Assembly: GCF_001194135.2 (NCBI RefSeq)
Contig: NC_068981.1
Span: 144,393,970 to 144,455,368, forward strand
DNA length: 61,399 nucleotides
Origin: Octopus bimaculoides
Lineage: Eukaryota
Direction: 5' to 3'
Shown here: positions 1-11,976 of the stretch, in pieces
How positions within the stretch are numbered: the stretch's first letter is position 1
Layout: each line of letters opens with the position of its first letter
The notes under the pieces: generated by a model
Seen by the model: the letters and a program-made list of their open reading frames with translations, nothing else
What the model was told of the DNA's origin: nothing
The model's database searches: none
Translations under genes and position numbers: made by a program

Positions 1-248
1 ATATATATATATATATAAAGACGTTCAGACATACAAAGACATTACATACATATATTTGTGAGAAAAGTTAGCGAAGAAAGATAAGATATATAGGTTTGCA
101 TATAAAGAAAAAGCTTTTACATATTTAAACATACTTAAAAATAACGAACTTAAATACATGCATACACTCATAAATATATCGCTGTCCCCCTCTCTCTCTC
201 TCTCCCCACAGACACACACACACACACACGCATATGTATGTATGTATG

Positions 249-320
<72 letters not shown>

Positions 321-345
321 GAGAGAGATAGATAGATAGATAGAT
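1..345. repeat. Compound microsatellite block (TA, CT, CA, TATG, GA, GATA)
   Basis: Directly visible runs; (GATA)n at 285-345 abuts the mariner TA site. Confidence 0.95.
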
Positions 346-346
346 A

Positions 347-1232
347 CGAGGTATGATCAATACGTATTCGGGCTGTTGCCATAGTAAAGAAGCTAAAGCA
401 GGCAGTGAAGCCGTTTGGCGAAGATTGTCCTCTTGAAGTCTGCTGTGTTTGCGCACTAAGTTTTAACATTTTAGGTCACTTTCTCTGTTTACAGCAGTGC
501 TTGGATGGAAGGTGCGTAGCATGCGATCGTCGCACTTAAAGTTGTCATGGATGGCAATACCTGCTCAGAGGCCAACGCAAAGTTGCAGAAAGTGTATGGA
601 GGGGAGTGTATGAGCTGCACACAAGTGTACCAGTGCTTCAGACGTTTCCGAGAGAGCCGAAAAAATGTCGATATTGACGAAAGTTCTGGGAGACACCCAA
701 TAAGTAGGACTGGGCAAAACATCGCAGATGTACGTGCAGTTGTAATGGGAAATCGTCGAATCACCACCCGTGAGTTATCAGAAGATTTGAAAACTAGTTA
801 CGGTTCAGTTCAGTCTATTATCACTGAAGATTTGCATATGAGACGCGTGTTTGCCAAGTTTGTGTCAAAACTGCTTTCAGCTGACCAAAACGATGCTCGG
901 GTTTCAGTTGCACAATATCTCCTAGAATGTGTCGAGAACGATGAAAACTCCTTGAAAATTTTGCGTAGGCCTCTGAGCATGTATCGCCAAGCTTTTGGCA
1001 AAATTTGATGCAGATTCCCTGCTCAACATTCTCTGTCATGGTGAACGCGATGATCACACGCTACACACCTTCCTTCCAAGCACTGCTATAAACAGCGGAA
1101 GTAAACTAGAACGTTAAAACTTCGTGTGCTTGCACAACCGAGTTGAAGATCAATCTGTGCCAATTGGCTTTACTCTGCTTACTTTAGCTTTATTACTATG
1201 GCTACAGTCCTGATACTTATTGATTTGACCAC

Positions 1233-1233
<1 letters not shown>
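347..1233 (+). mobile_element. Mariner derivative: partial transposase on + plus an inverted second 5' end
   Basis: TA at 345-346, then CGAGGTATGATCAATACGTATTCGG. ORF 547-1008 is a mariner HTH region (LQKVYG, RFRES, RRITTREL, LHMRRVFAKFV). 962-1233 is the reverse complement of the family 5' end, including MTENVEQGICIKFCQKLG. Confidence 0.9.
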
Positions 1234-1274
<41 letters not shown>

Positions 1275-1828
1275 GTGTTACTACCTTTTTTAGCTCAGGA
1301 AGCCATCTTTTGCAGCTGGCTATCGACGCACTACTGTGTCCTTATACCTCGAACAAGAGAGCTAATGTTCTCACTCAGGCTTAAGTGGTACCTTTGGACC
1401 AATGGTTTTTGGGCTATTTCCCCTTCATCGGCACAAGATAACCGTTGGCTAGAGGTGGTAGCTTTATCCTGTAGTAACTTTACTTTGTAGAACTGTTACT
1501 ACTTATTTCTCGCTCAGAGATTTAAAACTAATTGTTTTTCTCCTACACACACACACACACACACACACAAATATATAATACAGCTCTGATAAGCTAAAGA
1601 ATTATTTTACAGTGATTGTTATTTTGTTGCAGACAGATAGAGCAACGATTTCAGGTAGGAGTTACTGATGAGGTTATATGTCTATTGTTTAGCTAATAAT
1701 CCTTCCGTGTGACACAGCTTATCAATGAATTTATTTTTTCTGTTCAGTACATCACACTCTACATTGAACCATTGCTTCATATGTTAGACTGATTAGTAGA
1801 CAAATGATACTAATATTAGGGAGGCAAA

Positions 1829-1970
1829 AGGTGACGAGCTTCCAGAATCGTTAACACGCCGAAGAAAATGCTTAGTAGCATTTCTCCTGGTTTTACGTTG
1901 AGTTCAAAGTTCGTGGAAGTCGCCATTATCTTACACTGTTACGGGGTTGCTAAAATAAGTACTAGTCCTC
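1829..1970 (+). mobile_element. SINE-A (tRNA-related), degenerate
   Basis: A-box-like GAGCTTCCAGAATCGTTA, B-box-like GAGTTCAAAG, then AATAAGTAC. Confidence 0.7.
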
Positions 1971-2062
1971 TCTCCACTACAAAAATAAATTCAAACCTTG
2001 TGCTTATCGCAGAAAGAATGTTAGAGAGACGAAGAAAGAGAGAGAAAAAATTAAGATTGAAA

Positions 2063-2228
2063 AGCTGAATCGACAGAGCGCCGGACAAAGTATCTTGCAG
2101 TAGTTATTTGCTCTGCTCTACCTTCTGAGTTTAAATCCATCGAATTCAGTTTTGCCTTTCATGTCTTCAGAATAAGTAAAATAAAGTATTAATTAAGGTC
2201 TAGAGTCGATGTAATCGACAGAACCCCT
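2063..2228 (+). mobile_element. SINE-A, degenerate
   Basis: CGCCGGACAAA, TTCTGAGTTTAAAT, TTTGCCTTTCAT, GTCGATGTAATCGAC. Confidence 0.7.
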
Positions 2229-2391
2229 CACTCAGAAGCGCCGACCTTATTCTTACAGTAAGAGAGAGAGTGAGAGAGAAAAAGAGAAAAAGAGAGATAG
2301 AGAGAAATGGGGAGAAAGAGAGGGAGAGAGATTCTTGCGGTTGGTAGAGTTACAAAGAGCATGTCAGTATCTAACTATATCTCGTTAGATA

Positions 2392-2830
2392 CCGAGTTCA
2401 AATCTTATTAAAGCCATCTTTACTTTATATACTTATAGAGTCGATATAATAACGTACCACTCAGGTACTGGAGTTTATTTAATCGCCTATAAACCACCAG
2501 GAAAACCTTTTGTAGAGCAAACAGTTTACCGAGTTCAAATCCGGCTGAAGTCAGCTTTATTTTATATCCTTATAGGGCCGATATAATTACTTGCTGGTAA
2601 AATACTGGAGATTATTTTAATCGACTATATCCTACCATAAAAATCTCTCACGCCGCAACTTTTTCCATGAGAACATCATTACGTCCCGAGTTCAAATTTC
2701 GCCGAGGTTGACTTTACCTTTCATCCTTTCGAGGTCGATAAAATAAAATTCAGTTGATCACTGAAGTCGAAGTAATCGACTTACTCCTCCCACTAAATTG
2801 CTGACCTTGTGCCAACATTTGAAACCAATA
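2392..2830 (+). mobile_element. Three head-to-tail partial SINE-A bodies
   Basis: Each unit begins CCGAGTTCAAAT (about 2392, 2529, 2686); the third ends in the CTTGTGCCAACATTTGAAACC tail. Confidence 0.75.
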
Positions 2831-4224
2831 TTATGGAGTACATCGTTCTGATATTCAAAGACGGATTGCTTATGTTTAACTCTGCAGGTGTTTTGGCTCC
2901 CATTGAAATTTTTGATTTACTTTGAGGACAATTAATTGACATAAAATGTCTCAAACAAGTATTCAATCAATGTTGTGGTGTTCGTTTGTCATACAATTAA
3001 GATCAGATGATAGATTAGAGAAGAGTGTTTTTTTTTATATAAACGAGTCATTAAAAACCAGTTAAGGTGAAGTTAATTCTATGGTTAACCAGAAAAAAGT
3101 AAGTCTACTTTTTCCTTCCACTAAAATTCTCATCTGTGATAAGAGGAAACAAATCTTGAAACATTGGCCATGTAATCTTTATTAAGAGGATAACGTTGCC
3201 CAGTATAGTCTTAACAGTGAAACGGGATAGTCAAATAGCGGGATTGTTGTAATTGACTGTTCTCTCACTTTAAAATTCCTGGCCTTGAATTCATATAAAA
3301 AATATTATTTTGTCTATATTAGATTTGCCTTGATTTTCACTTCCAGTCGTCATCATGTATCTTACTTTTGGACATGTACAAAGTACTAAACCGTATTCGA
3401 ACAAGGAAGATTTATTTCTAAACTAAATGTTTTAATAGGCGTTCTTGTATCAACGTATAACATATTAGGAACATTTAGGAAAATAACAAAACTCAAACAA
3501 AACATGCAACAACAAAATTTGAATAATACAGTCAAAAATATTGAACATGAAAATTGACTATCCGGTTAAGAAGCAATATTATTGATCAAAACATGACAAA
3601 TCGATTGGCATTTGTGGAGGTGATAAGACTAGCCTGTTGACGAATCGACAATATTTAATGCTGTTAAATGCAGTTGTTCAACCTAAAAGCTTATGCTTTT
3701 TATAGGAAGAGATTATTGAAGATATAGAAAAAGATTATCAATGACATGCGTAAATTTGTTAGATATAAAAGATGTAGTATGCAGTAAATGTATTATTGCT
3801 AGAGTTTAAATTTCCTGTATGATAAATTTCAGATTTCGTGTTTCTGTGTTCCATAATGCGTTTTGATTGACCTATTTACAGATGGTCTTTTCATGTACAG
3901 TTCTTTTATCTGTACGTTTACCAATAAATACATGCATATGCGCATACTCACATTCACATATTTATACTAAAAAATACACTTAAACATTCACGCCTCAATA
4001 TTAATACGCAATGATTATGCATTCATGTGCATAAATATGCATACATGCACAAATTTGTACCGTCAACAACCGTACAAGCGAATGGATACAGCTAAATAGT
4101 CATAAACATAAATCTCTGCCTGTATTTGGAATAAGATTCCTTATAACTAAATTGGAGTTTTTAATGTTCTTAACCACTATATATAGTTCTCTTAAAGAGT
4201 TAATAAAAAAAAATAAGGAAAAAA

Positions 4225-4845
4225 ATTGTTTCAAGTTTTGGCACGAGTACATCAATTTTAATTGAAAGAGGAGTCGATTACATCACCCCAGTACTTGGCT
4301 GATACTTTATTTTACCGACTCTGAAAGGATGAAAGGTAAAGCTGATCTCATCAGGATTTAAACGCAGAACGTTTAGAATCGAAAGAAATGCCACTAGGCA
4401 ATTTGTCCGACGTACTAACGACTCTGCCTGCTCGTAGCTTTAATAATGGTTTCAAATTTTGGCACAAGACAAGCAAGTTCGGAGAGGGGTCAAGTTGATT
4501 ATATTGACCCCAGTGACAACTGGTAATTATTTTATCGACCCCCAAAAGAATGAAAGGCAAAGTCAACCTCCACGGAATTTGAACTCAGAACGTGTAGATG
4601 GACGAAATGCCACTTAACATTTTTGTCAGGCGTGCTAACGATTTTGCCAGCTCACCGCCTTCTCGTAGTTTTAAAAATCCTTTCTGCTATAGGTACAAGG
4701 TCTGAAATTTGCGGAGAGGAGCCAGTCGAATACATCGACTCTAGTACGCAACTGGTACTTATTTTATAGACCCTGAAAAGATAATAGGCAAAGTTGATCT
4801 CGGGAGAATTTGAACTCAGAACGTAACGACAGACGAAATACCAAT
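4225..4845 (-). mobile_element. Three tandem SINE-A copies (about 4225-4430, 4445-4660, 4672-4845)
   Basis: Reverse complements of B-box, body and tail in each unit (e.g. GAAAGGCAAAGTCAACCTC, ATTTGAACTCAGAACGT). Confidence 0.85.
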
Positions 4846-5019
4846 TTCTTCACTACCCACAGGGGGCTATACAAAGAATGGGACAAAAAACTGATTGAGA
4901 TCAGTAACAGGTTATGATATTACATAAATATGAATATAAAAATTATATAAAATATATAAGAATCGAATGAAATACACAATACAAATATGACAAATGTAGC
5001 GATGATCTGTATTTTCAAT

Positions 5020-5486
5020 CTGTGCGTGCGTCACAAATTGTGTTAAAGTCTCCTATCAATACTAACGAATGCGACGTGGCCAGGTTACGAAAATATTCAC
5101 TTTGCGGACCCATAACGTTGGGTGCATAAATTGCAACCAGCCTGATTGTCTTGCCACAACTGGACGTCAGATCGAGAACGACCAGCCTGCCTTCTAGATC
5201 AGAAAAAAAGCAACTTTTTCTCGGTTACCCGGTTTCTTTTTAGTAGGACCAACACCTCGCCCCTGCCACCCGCCAGACTTGGAGAAACGTATTTCTCGTA
5301 GCCGTTCAGGAGGGGGAGCAGATCTCTAGGCCCCTTTACTCGGGTTTCCATTGCAACAATTACATCCAAATTTCTTGACCTTATGTCATTTAGGAAGCGC
5401 CCTTGCTTCCAACTCGACATCAGGCCACGGACATTTATACAACCAATGTGAATAGACTTGACTTACCTTTTAGATCGGGGCGTCCT
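5020..5486 (-). mobile_element. L1/Tx1-like LINE, start of ORF2 (APE endonuclease), disrupted
   Basis: Minus translation gives HIGCINVRGLMSSWKQGRFLNDIRSRNLDVIVAMETR, GGRG, RLVAIYAPN and LIGDFN; runs into the gap at 5487. Confidence 0.85.
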
Positions 5487-6417
5487 NNNNNNNNNNNNNN
5501 NNNNNNNNNNNNNNNNNNNNNNNNNNNNNNNNNNNNNNNNNNNNNNNNNNNNNNNNNNNNNNNNNNNNNNNNNNNNNNNNNNNNNNNNNNNNNNNNNNNN
5601 NNNNNNNNNNNNNNNNNNNNNNNNNNNNNNNNNNNNNNNNNNNNNNNNNNNNNNNNNNNNNNNNNNNNNNNNNNNNNNNNNNNNNNNNNNNNNNNNNNNN
5701 NNNNNNNNNNNNNNNNNNNNNNNNNNNNNNNNNNNNNNNNNNNNNNNNNNNNNNNNNNNNNNNNNNNNNNNNNNNNNNNNNNNNNNNNNNNNNNNNNNNN
5801 NNNNNNNNNNNNNNNNNNNNNNNNNNNNNNNNNNNNNNNNNNNNNNNNNNNNNNNNNNNNNNNNNNNNNNNNNNNNNNNNNNNNNNNNNNNNNNNNNNNN
5901 NNNNNNNNNNNNNNNNNNNNNNNNNNNNNNNNNNNNNNNNNNNNNNNNNNNNNNNNNNNNNNNNNNNNNNNNNNNNNNNNNNNNNNNNNNNNNNNNNNNN
6001 NNNNNNNNNNNNNNNNNNNNNNNNNNNNNNNNNNNNNNNNNNNNNNNNNNNNNNNNNNNNNNNNNNNNNNNNNNNNNNNNNNNNNNNNNNNNNNNNNNNN
6101 NNNNNNNNNNNNNNNNNNNNNNNNNNNNNNNNNNNNNNNNNNNNNNNNNNNNNNNNNNNNNNNNNNNNNNNNNNNNNNNNNNNNNNNNNNNNNNNNNNNN
6201 NNNNNNNNNNNNNNNNNNNNNNNNNNNNNNNNNNNNNNNNNNNNNNNNNNNNNNNNNNNNNNNNNNNNNNNNNNNNNNNNNNNNNNNNNNNNNNNNNNNN
6301 NNNNNNNNNNNNNNNNNNNNNNNNNNNNNNNNNNNNNNNNNNNNNNNNNNNNNNNNNNNNNNNNNNNNNNNNNNNNNNNNNNNNNNNNNNNNNNNNNNNN
6401 NNNNNNNNNNNNNNNNN

Positions 6418-7660
6418 TGACCAGAGTCACCACTCCCCGGCGCACAGATCTGGGAATCATCCCGTTCTGCTGCCAGTTCGTGTAAACCCCGGCCAATAGG
6501 GTTTTATACAATTCGTACTTTTATACAATTCGTAAGGTAGACCATCAAGACCCGGTGCCTTACCAACGTTGCAGTCTGCTATAGCCTCTATCACTTCCTC
6601 AGGTGTGATCGACCCTTCACAGCACTCCGCATCATCCTGCCCCGAGAGACGCGGCAGCCCGGCGAGGAAGTCCGTAAGGTCCAACCTACTATCCGGTCCT
6701 TCGCCCCTCATCCCGCCCGAAAAACTTGGTGAAGTGCTCCTGAATAGTCTTACATATCTCGGGTTCGTTTACCAACTCACCTTGTAGGTTCTCCAAAGAT
6801 CGAATTATGGAATCATTTCCACGTTGGGCTTCCACCACTTGGGCCCATCCAGCGGCTCTGATCCCCTCTCAATCCATTGCACGAAGTCTAACCCTGACAA
6901 TACACCCCATGTGTTTGGCTTCAGGGTGCTGGTTTAATTCCAGTCTCTTTGCCTTCACCTGAGATGCACTGCCAGTCACCATGGCTTCCTCTAGGTCCTT
7001 AGCTAGTTCTACTTCCCTCCAACGTTTTCTAACCAAACCTATGCTATATCTAATAGACTCAAATTTAATGGCTCTTTTAGGGCGTACCACTATTTATTGA
7101 TAATGATGCTACCAGTCAATGCCCTCTGTATCAACAACTTAATCTGGTTCCTGTACTCCTCACTGGCCAAAAGGGACTTATTGAGTTTCCAGTAGCCGGA
7201 GCCTTTACTATGTAACTTATCTAGGTTCAGCTTACAGGTGACAAACTTATGATCACTGTAGCTGACCAGGTGAAACTGTGTACACTTAGATAAGTCTTTA
7301 TCTATTTTTCTAATTAGTATCCTAGCTATATACGACCTTGAAGATCTGTCGCCACATAACCACGTCCACTGTGGGGCGTTCGGAAATTCCAGTCTGTATG
7401 GTTCTACTAGCTGAAAGCGACTAAATAGATCCCGGAAGTCAGGATTCGGTCTTCTATTCGAATTCGAGCCTACACTATCCACGCGTGCATCGTGAATAGC
7501 GTTAAAGCCTCCTAACAAAACTAACGGATATGATGTACCGAGAAACTTCTCTAGGTCTCGAAAATACTCAGTCTGACCAGAATTGGGGGCGTAAATTTCC
7601 AATAGTCTGATTTTCTTACTACAACTGAAAGTCAAATCTTAGATTTAACATTATGATAGA
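6418..7660 (-). mobile_element. L1/Tx1-like LINE ORF2 fragment (APE C-terminal half, linker, RT start), frameshifted
   Basis: IYAPN, LLGGFN (GDFN mutated), WTW, SDH, GYWKLN, KAPGLDGLPYE, IPRSVRRGVVTLV. Confidence 0.9.
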
Positions 7661-7945
7661 TTTCCGAGCCTCTAGGCACAGCTGTAGCACTTTTAATACC
7701 TTACCTTCTCCCTTTAATTTTCTTTGACGTTTGTACTGTGACAATGTGCTGTATTAATATATCAAAATCTATATGTTTATATTTAAATATTCACCGTTTG
7801 AAAATCATCAGTCTTTGATTTCTTTCTGCCCACATGTATACATGTATATATTTATATATTTGTATATCAAATATATGCTGTTCTATTTAACTTATCAGCA
7901 CAATTGCCTCCCCCATCTCACTGTCTCTTCCCGTCTCTCTATATA

Positions 7946-7988
<43 letters not shown>

Positions 7989-8579
7989 TGTGTGAGTTGA
8001 CATGAACACATTTATGCTTTCAGTGTATAATTGTGTATCTTTCTGTAGAAACAAATAAATACAAAATGAAAGATATATATGTGTATAATTCTAAACTATA
8101 TGCTGGTGCACATATATATTTATATACATATAGTTATGTAGCTATAGTTTTTCTAGGTATATGAATTGATATGTGTAAATGTAGGATATCTATATCGAGG
8201 TATATATGCACATTTATATACAAGTCCGTCCACTTATGTATGTACTTGTATTGAAGTATTTTTAGTGCACTGCTGTACCTGTGTATACAAGCTTCTACTG
8301 AGTCTAGTTGCAGCTAAACTACTATTTATATGTGTATGTCAGCGTGGCAGCTAGATTGTGTTGTAGTGTATAGTAATTCTTGCTACTGGCCTACTAATTA
8401 GTGTACCTGATTACAGGTTAAACTACCGTTAATAATCTTTAATTTTATATTATATAATTTAATTATAGTTTGAACTCAAATATTTTAGTATGAACTTAGG
8501 CCAATATAAAAACATTCAAAAATTTCATCGCTGATTATATTCGTAAGACATCATAGAGTTTAGAAGTAAAACGTAAGTA

Positions 8580-9240
8580 TTAACCATAGCATTCAGCTAT
8601 CAAGCACCCAGCTTGATAGCGACTGGCTGCGTATCGGCGTTTCCCGGAGGCTTGGCCTCCAGATCCGTGAGCTTCATGAATGCAGCTGCGGATCCATTGT
8701 CGATGCTTTCAGTCTCCACCCACTGTCAAGCCGTCATAGTATTGGCCGCCTCCCAAGACATACCGTCCATAAGAAGATCATAAAGCATAGCCTATACACG
8801 GTAGAATTCCTGTCCCAGCTCAAGCCAGCGGGGCTCGACCTAGGGAATGGTGATAGGCCTGGTGATATGACAATTTTCCCGTCCTTTGGCGGCAGGCCCC
8901 TCATCTGAGATGCCACATGCTGTGACACCTTATCGAGTGACATCTTTGTGCGTTCAGCTACCTGCCCAGGATCCGCTGCTCATCACGCTGAGAAAAGCAA
9001 ACTGTCAAAGTATCGGTCGCTCTCTGACACGTTTATGGCCGAGCCCATAACAATAGACACCTCCGGCGCTCTTGGCCCCTGGACTATATCCCTGCTTGTT
9101 TTATCGGGACGGAGATGGTTATCCGCAAGACTATTCCAGCGCATCTCACTCCATCCTGCGAGGCAAAGCCTTTTCCATTTTGTGTACTGGGACATAAGGC
9201 AGTACGAATTAAGGGAAATTGAAAGAATGTAAGAATTTCG
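8580..9240 (+). mobile_element. CRE-like non-LTR retrotransposon 3' part (zinc knuckle plus restriction-like endonuclease), degenerate
   Basis: Reads LRIGVSRRLG..HECSCGSIVD..LHPLSS..GRLPRH..GNGDRPGDMTIFP..GRPLI*DATCCDTL, then AAHHAEKSKLSKYRSL..PITIDTSGALG..LFQRISL. Confidence 0.75.
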
Positions 9241-9504
9241 TAGCTTTTCATTTAGTGGGTAGGGAGTTCTCTGTAAAGCCTCAGTTCTCAACCCATTCTT
9301 ATCGATAGTTCTCCTGGCCATAACTGCATTAAATATGTTAATGGTAACTTAACTACTGTTTTTCGTATAAACAGGCTATTTGAATACAATTTGGATAGGT
9401 TGGAAACCACAAAGCAACATAGAATCAAGTTAGGAGCCCCTTTCGTGTCAAAACATACGATCTTTTCACTTTTCCTCTACCAACTGTTTGGTGCTGCATG
9501 ATTT

Positions 9505-9522
9505 CCTGACGTTCCACACATA

Positions 9523-9568
<46 letters not shown>

Positions 9569-9805
9569 ACATGTATGTCTGGCTGTCTATATGTACGTAC
9601 GTATGTATGTATGTATATATCTATGTATGTATAGCTACATGTGCGCACGCACAAGAATGTGTGTGTGAGTATGTGAGCTTGCATGCATATGTAATTATAC
9701 TGATACAGACGTACATCCCATACACACCCAATCGCACACACATATCTATAGCCACTTATACACACGTACACATGCACACACGGGCAAACACATATACAGA
9801 AGGAC

Positions 9806-9850
<45 letters not shown>

Positions 9851-9898
9851 AGTTTACATACATATATATGTGTCTGTCTGTATGTATGTATGCATGCT

Positions 9899-9943
<45 letters not shown>

Positions 9944-9945
9944 CA
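9505..9945. repeat. Compound CA/TATG/TA microsatellite region
   Basis: Directly visible; source of several spurious ORFs. Confidence 0.9.
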
Positions 9946-10210
9946 AATTATTTGTATGTCACGGGAGGAAAATATATTCATGACTTTATTTTCGTTCAGT
10001 CTCAGACTGAGAAGCTTTACGAACGTTCAGCACTTATATCATTGATCTTTGTGTATGCAACAATGGTCAAATGGAAGTTTCTTAGAACATATTTCAGAAA
10101 ATTTTGTTTTCGGTCTTACGACCTTAATCGTTATAGAAGTTTGAAACACACACACACACACACATGTATATATATATATGCATATGTAGGTATATATGTA
10201 TATATGTATA

Positions 10211-10251
<41 letters not shown>

Positions 10252-10590
10252 NNNNNNNNNNNNNNNNNNNNNNNNNNNNNNNNNNNACACACACACACAC
10301 ACACATGTATATATATATATGCATATGTAGGTATATATGTATATATGTGTAGAGCGTTAGGTGTGATGTACAGAAGTAAATATTGAAAAAAAAGTCATCA
10401 GAATTTTGGAATAACTTCTTTCATTTATTTTATACATATAATAGCGCTTTCGTTCGTCTTTCGAACTTGTCAAATATAGTTCTGTGAAAATACAGAGATC
10501 TTGCTTATTTATATAAAAACAGGTGTTTTGGGGGGTTTTGTTTATAACAGAACATTGTTTAGTTTTTTTGTTTTTATGGGGTGAGGCTTT

Positions 10591-10716
10591 GGAGATAGAT
10601 AGATAGATAGGCAGATAGAGAGATAGATAGATAGGCTGACTATCAGCCTATCTCTCTATCTCTCTATCTATCTCTCTATCTATATATCTCTCTATCTATC
10701 TATCTATCTCTCTATC
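10591..10716. repeat. Inverted (GATA)n / (TATC)n microsatellite palindrome
   Basis: GATAGGCTGA-CTA-TCAGCCTATC at the centre (10640-10642), with opposite-orientation tetranucleotide arms. Confidence 0.85.
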
Positions 10717-10717
10717 T

Positions 10718-10793
10718 TAATTTTTGTGGCAGGGCATTGAAGAGCCGTGAGCCTTTGAACCCTAGACTATTGCAGTACCAGGTCCTGAATTTA
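10718..10793 (-). mobile_element. CR1-like LINE, distal piece beyond the mariner insertion
   Basis: Minus translation KFRTWYCNSLGFKGSRLFNALPQKL continues the piece at 11977-12620. Confidence 0.8.
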
Positions 10794-11976
10794 TCAGGCC
10801 ATCCTATAAGTTCTGTCCGAATTTTGAATAAATAAAACAAGTGATCAAATGTTATATTTAATTGAAATTTAATCATCGATGTACTTTCCTTGATTATCTA
10901 TGACTTCCTTCCATCTATTTACAAGCTTTTTAATACCATCAATGTAAAACTCTTTTGGTTTCAAAGCGAAGAACTCTGAAATGTCAGTTTCGACCTCCTC
11001 CTGGCTTGTGAAAGTTATGTCCCCCAAATGATTCTGTAAACTACGAAACAAATGGTAATCTGAAGGAGCAAGGTCGGGAGAATAAGGTGGATGAGGAATT
11101 TTTTCCCAACCAAGCTCTTCGATCTTCTTGTGATATGAGCTTTGCAGNNNNNNNNNNGATTGTTGCATTAGGTGGTAACAATTGAAAGTGAATTAATCCT
11201 TTGCAATCCCACCAGATAGAGAGAAGAACCTTTTCCCATGAAGTTCCCTTCTCGGTTGTGGTTGAACTTTTTCCCTTTTACAAAGCCACTGTTTACGACG
11301 TTTAACATTTCGATAGAAGATCCATTTTTCGTCACCAGTCACAAGTCTATCCAAAAAAGGGTGAAATGAGTTCGCGAGAATGGAGAGAAGTGCAGATGTC
11401 AACTCGGGATTTGCGGTTGCTTTCGGACAATTCATGAGGCACCCATTTTCCAAGTTTAGGAATCTTTCCAAGTTATTGAAGATGACGATGAACTGTTGTA
11501 CGGTTTGAACTAAGCTTTATTGCCAATTCTTCGACTGATAATGCAGGATTTTCTTCCAGTAATGCCTCAAGGAGCTTATCAACCAACTCAACTGGACGTC
11601 CTGTTCGATCTTCATTTTCAAGGCTGAAACCTCCACTTCTGAATTTTGCACACAATCTTTTGCAAGTTCTTTCATTCAAACATTCTTTCCCATAAACTGA
11701 GTGTATGTTTCGAGTCGCTTCGGTTGCAGAGTTTCCTTTTTTGTACTCATAAAGCATTATGTGCCTTGAATGCTCTTTGGATACTTCTATGTTAGAAAGG
11801 GTTTCAATCAAAGAAATTTTAATTCTATTATTCTGTAAGATAATATTTAATAAGTTTAAATGTCAACAAATGCATAAAAATAATTTTTAATTACATTAGA
11901 CATTCTAAAATACTATTAAATTTCATTCAATTAAAAAAAAAAGGTAAAATCGGACAGAAATTATGGGATGACCTGA
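10794..11976 (-). mobile_element. Mariner element, near full length, transposase disrupted
   Basis: TIRs TCAGG(C/T)CATCC(T/C)ATAA(G/T)TTCTGTCCGA with TA on both sides. ORF pieces 11473-11811 (HTH), 11193-11471 (LVTGDEKW) and 10869-11168 (PPYSPDLAPSDYHLF). Confidence 0.95.

Noticed and set aside
2392-2830. CRISPR-like repeat-spacer array
   Set aside because: The units are long, diverged SINE bodies in a eukaryotic context, with no cas genes.
5403-6511. Long ORFs spanning N-runs (also near 12.6, 14.0, 16.4, 17.9, 26.4, 29.5, 36.4, 38.6, 40.9 and 44.8 kb)
   Set aside because: Open only because Ns translate as X.
10146-10348. Duplicated CA/TA/GCATATGTAGG block
   Set aside because: Identical sequence on both sides of a short gap; likely an assembly artefact.
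9466-10386. ORFs rich in YI, CV, HT or RE repeats, here and throughout the window
   Set aside because: Translations of dinucleotide microsatellites.
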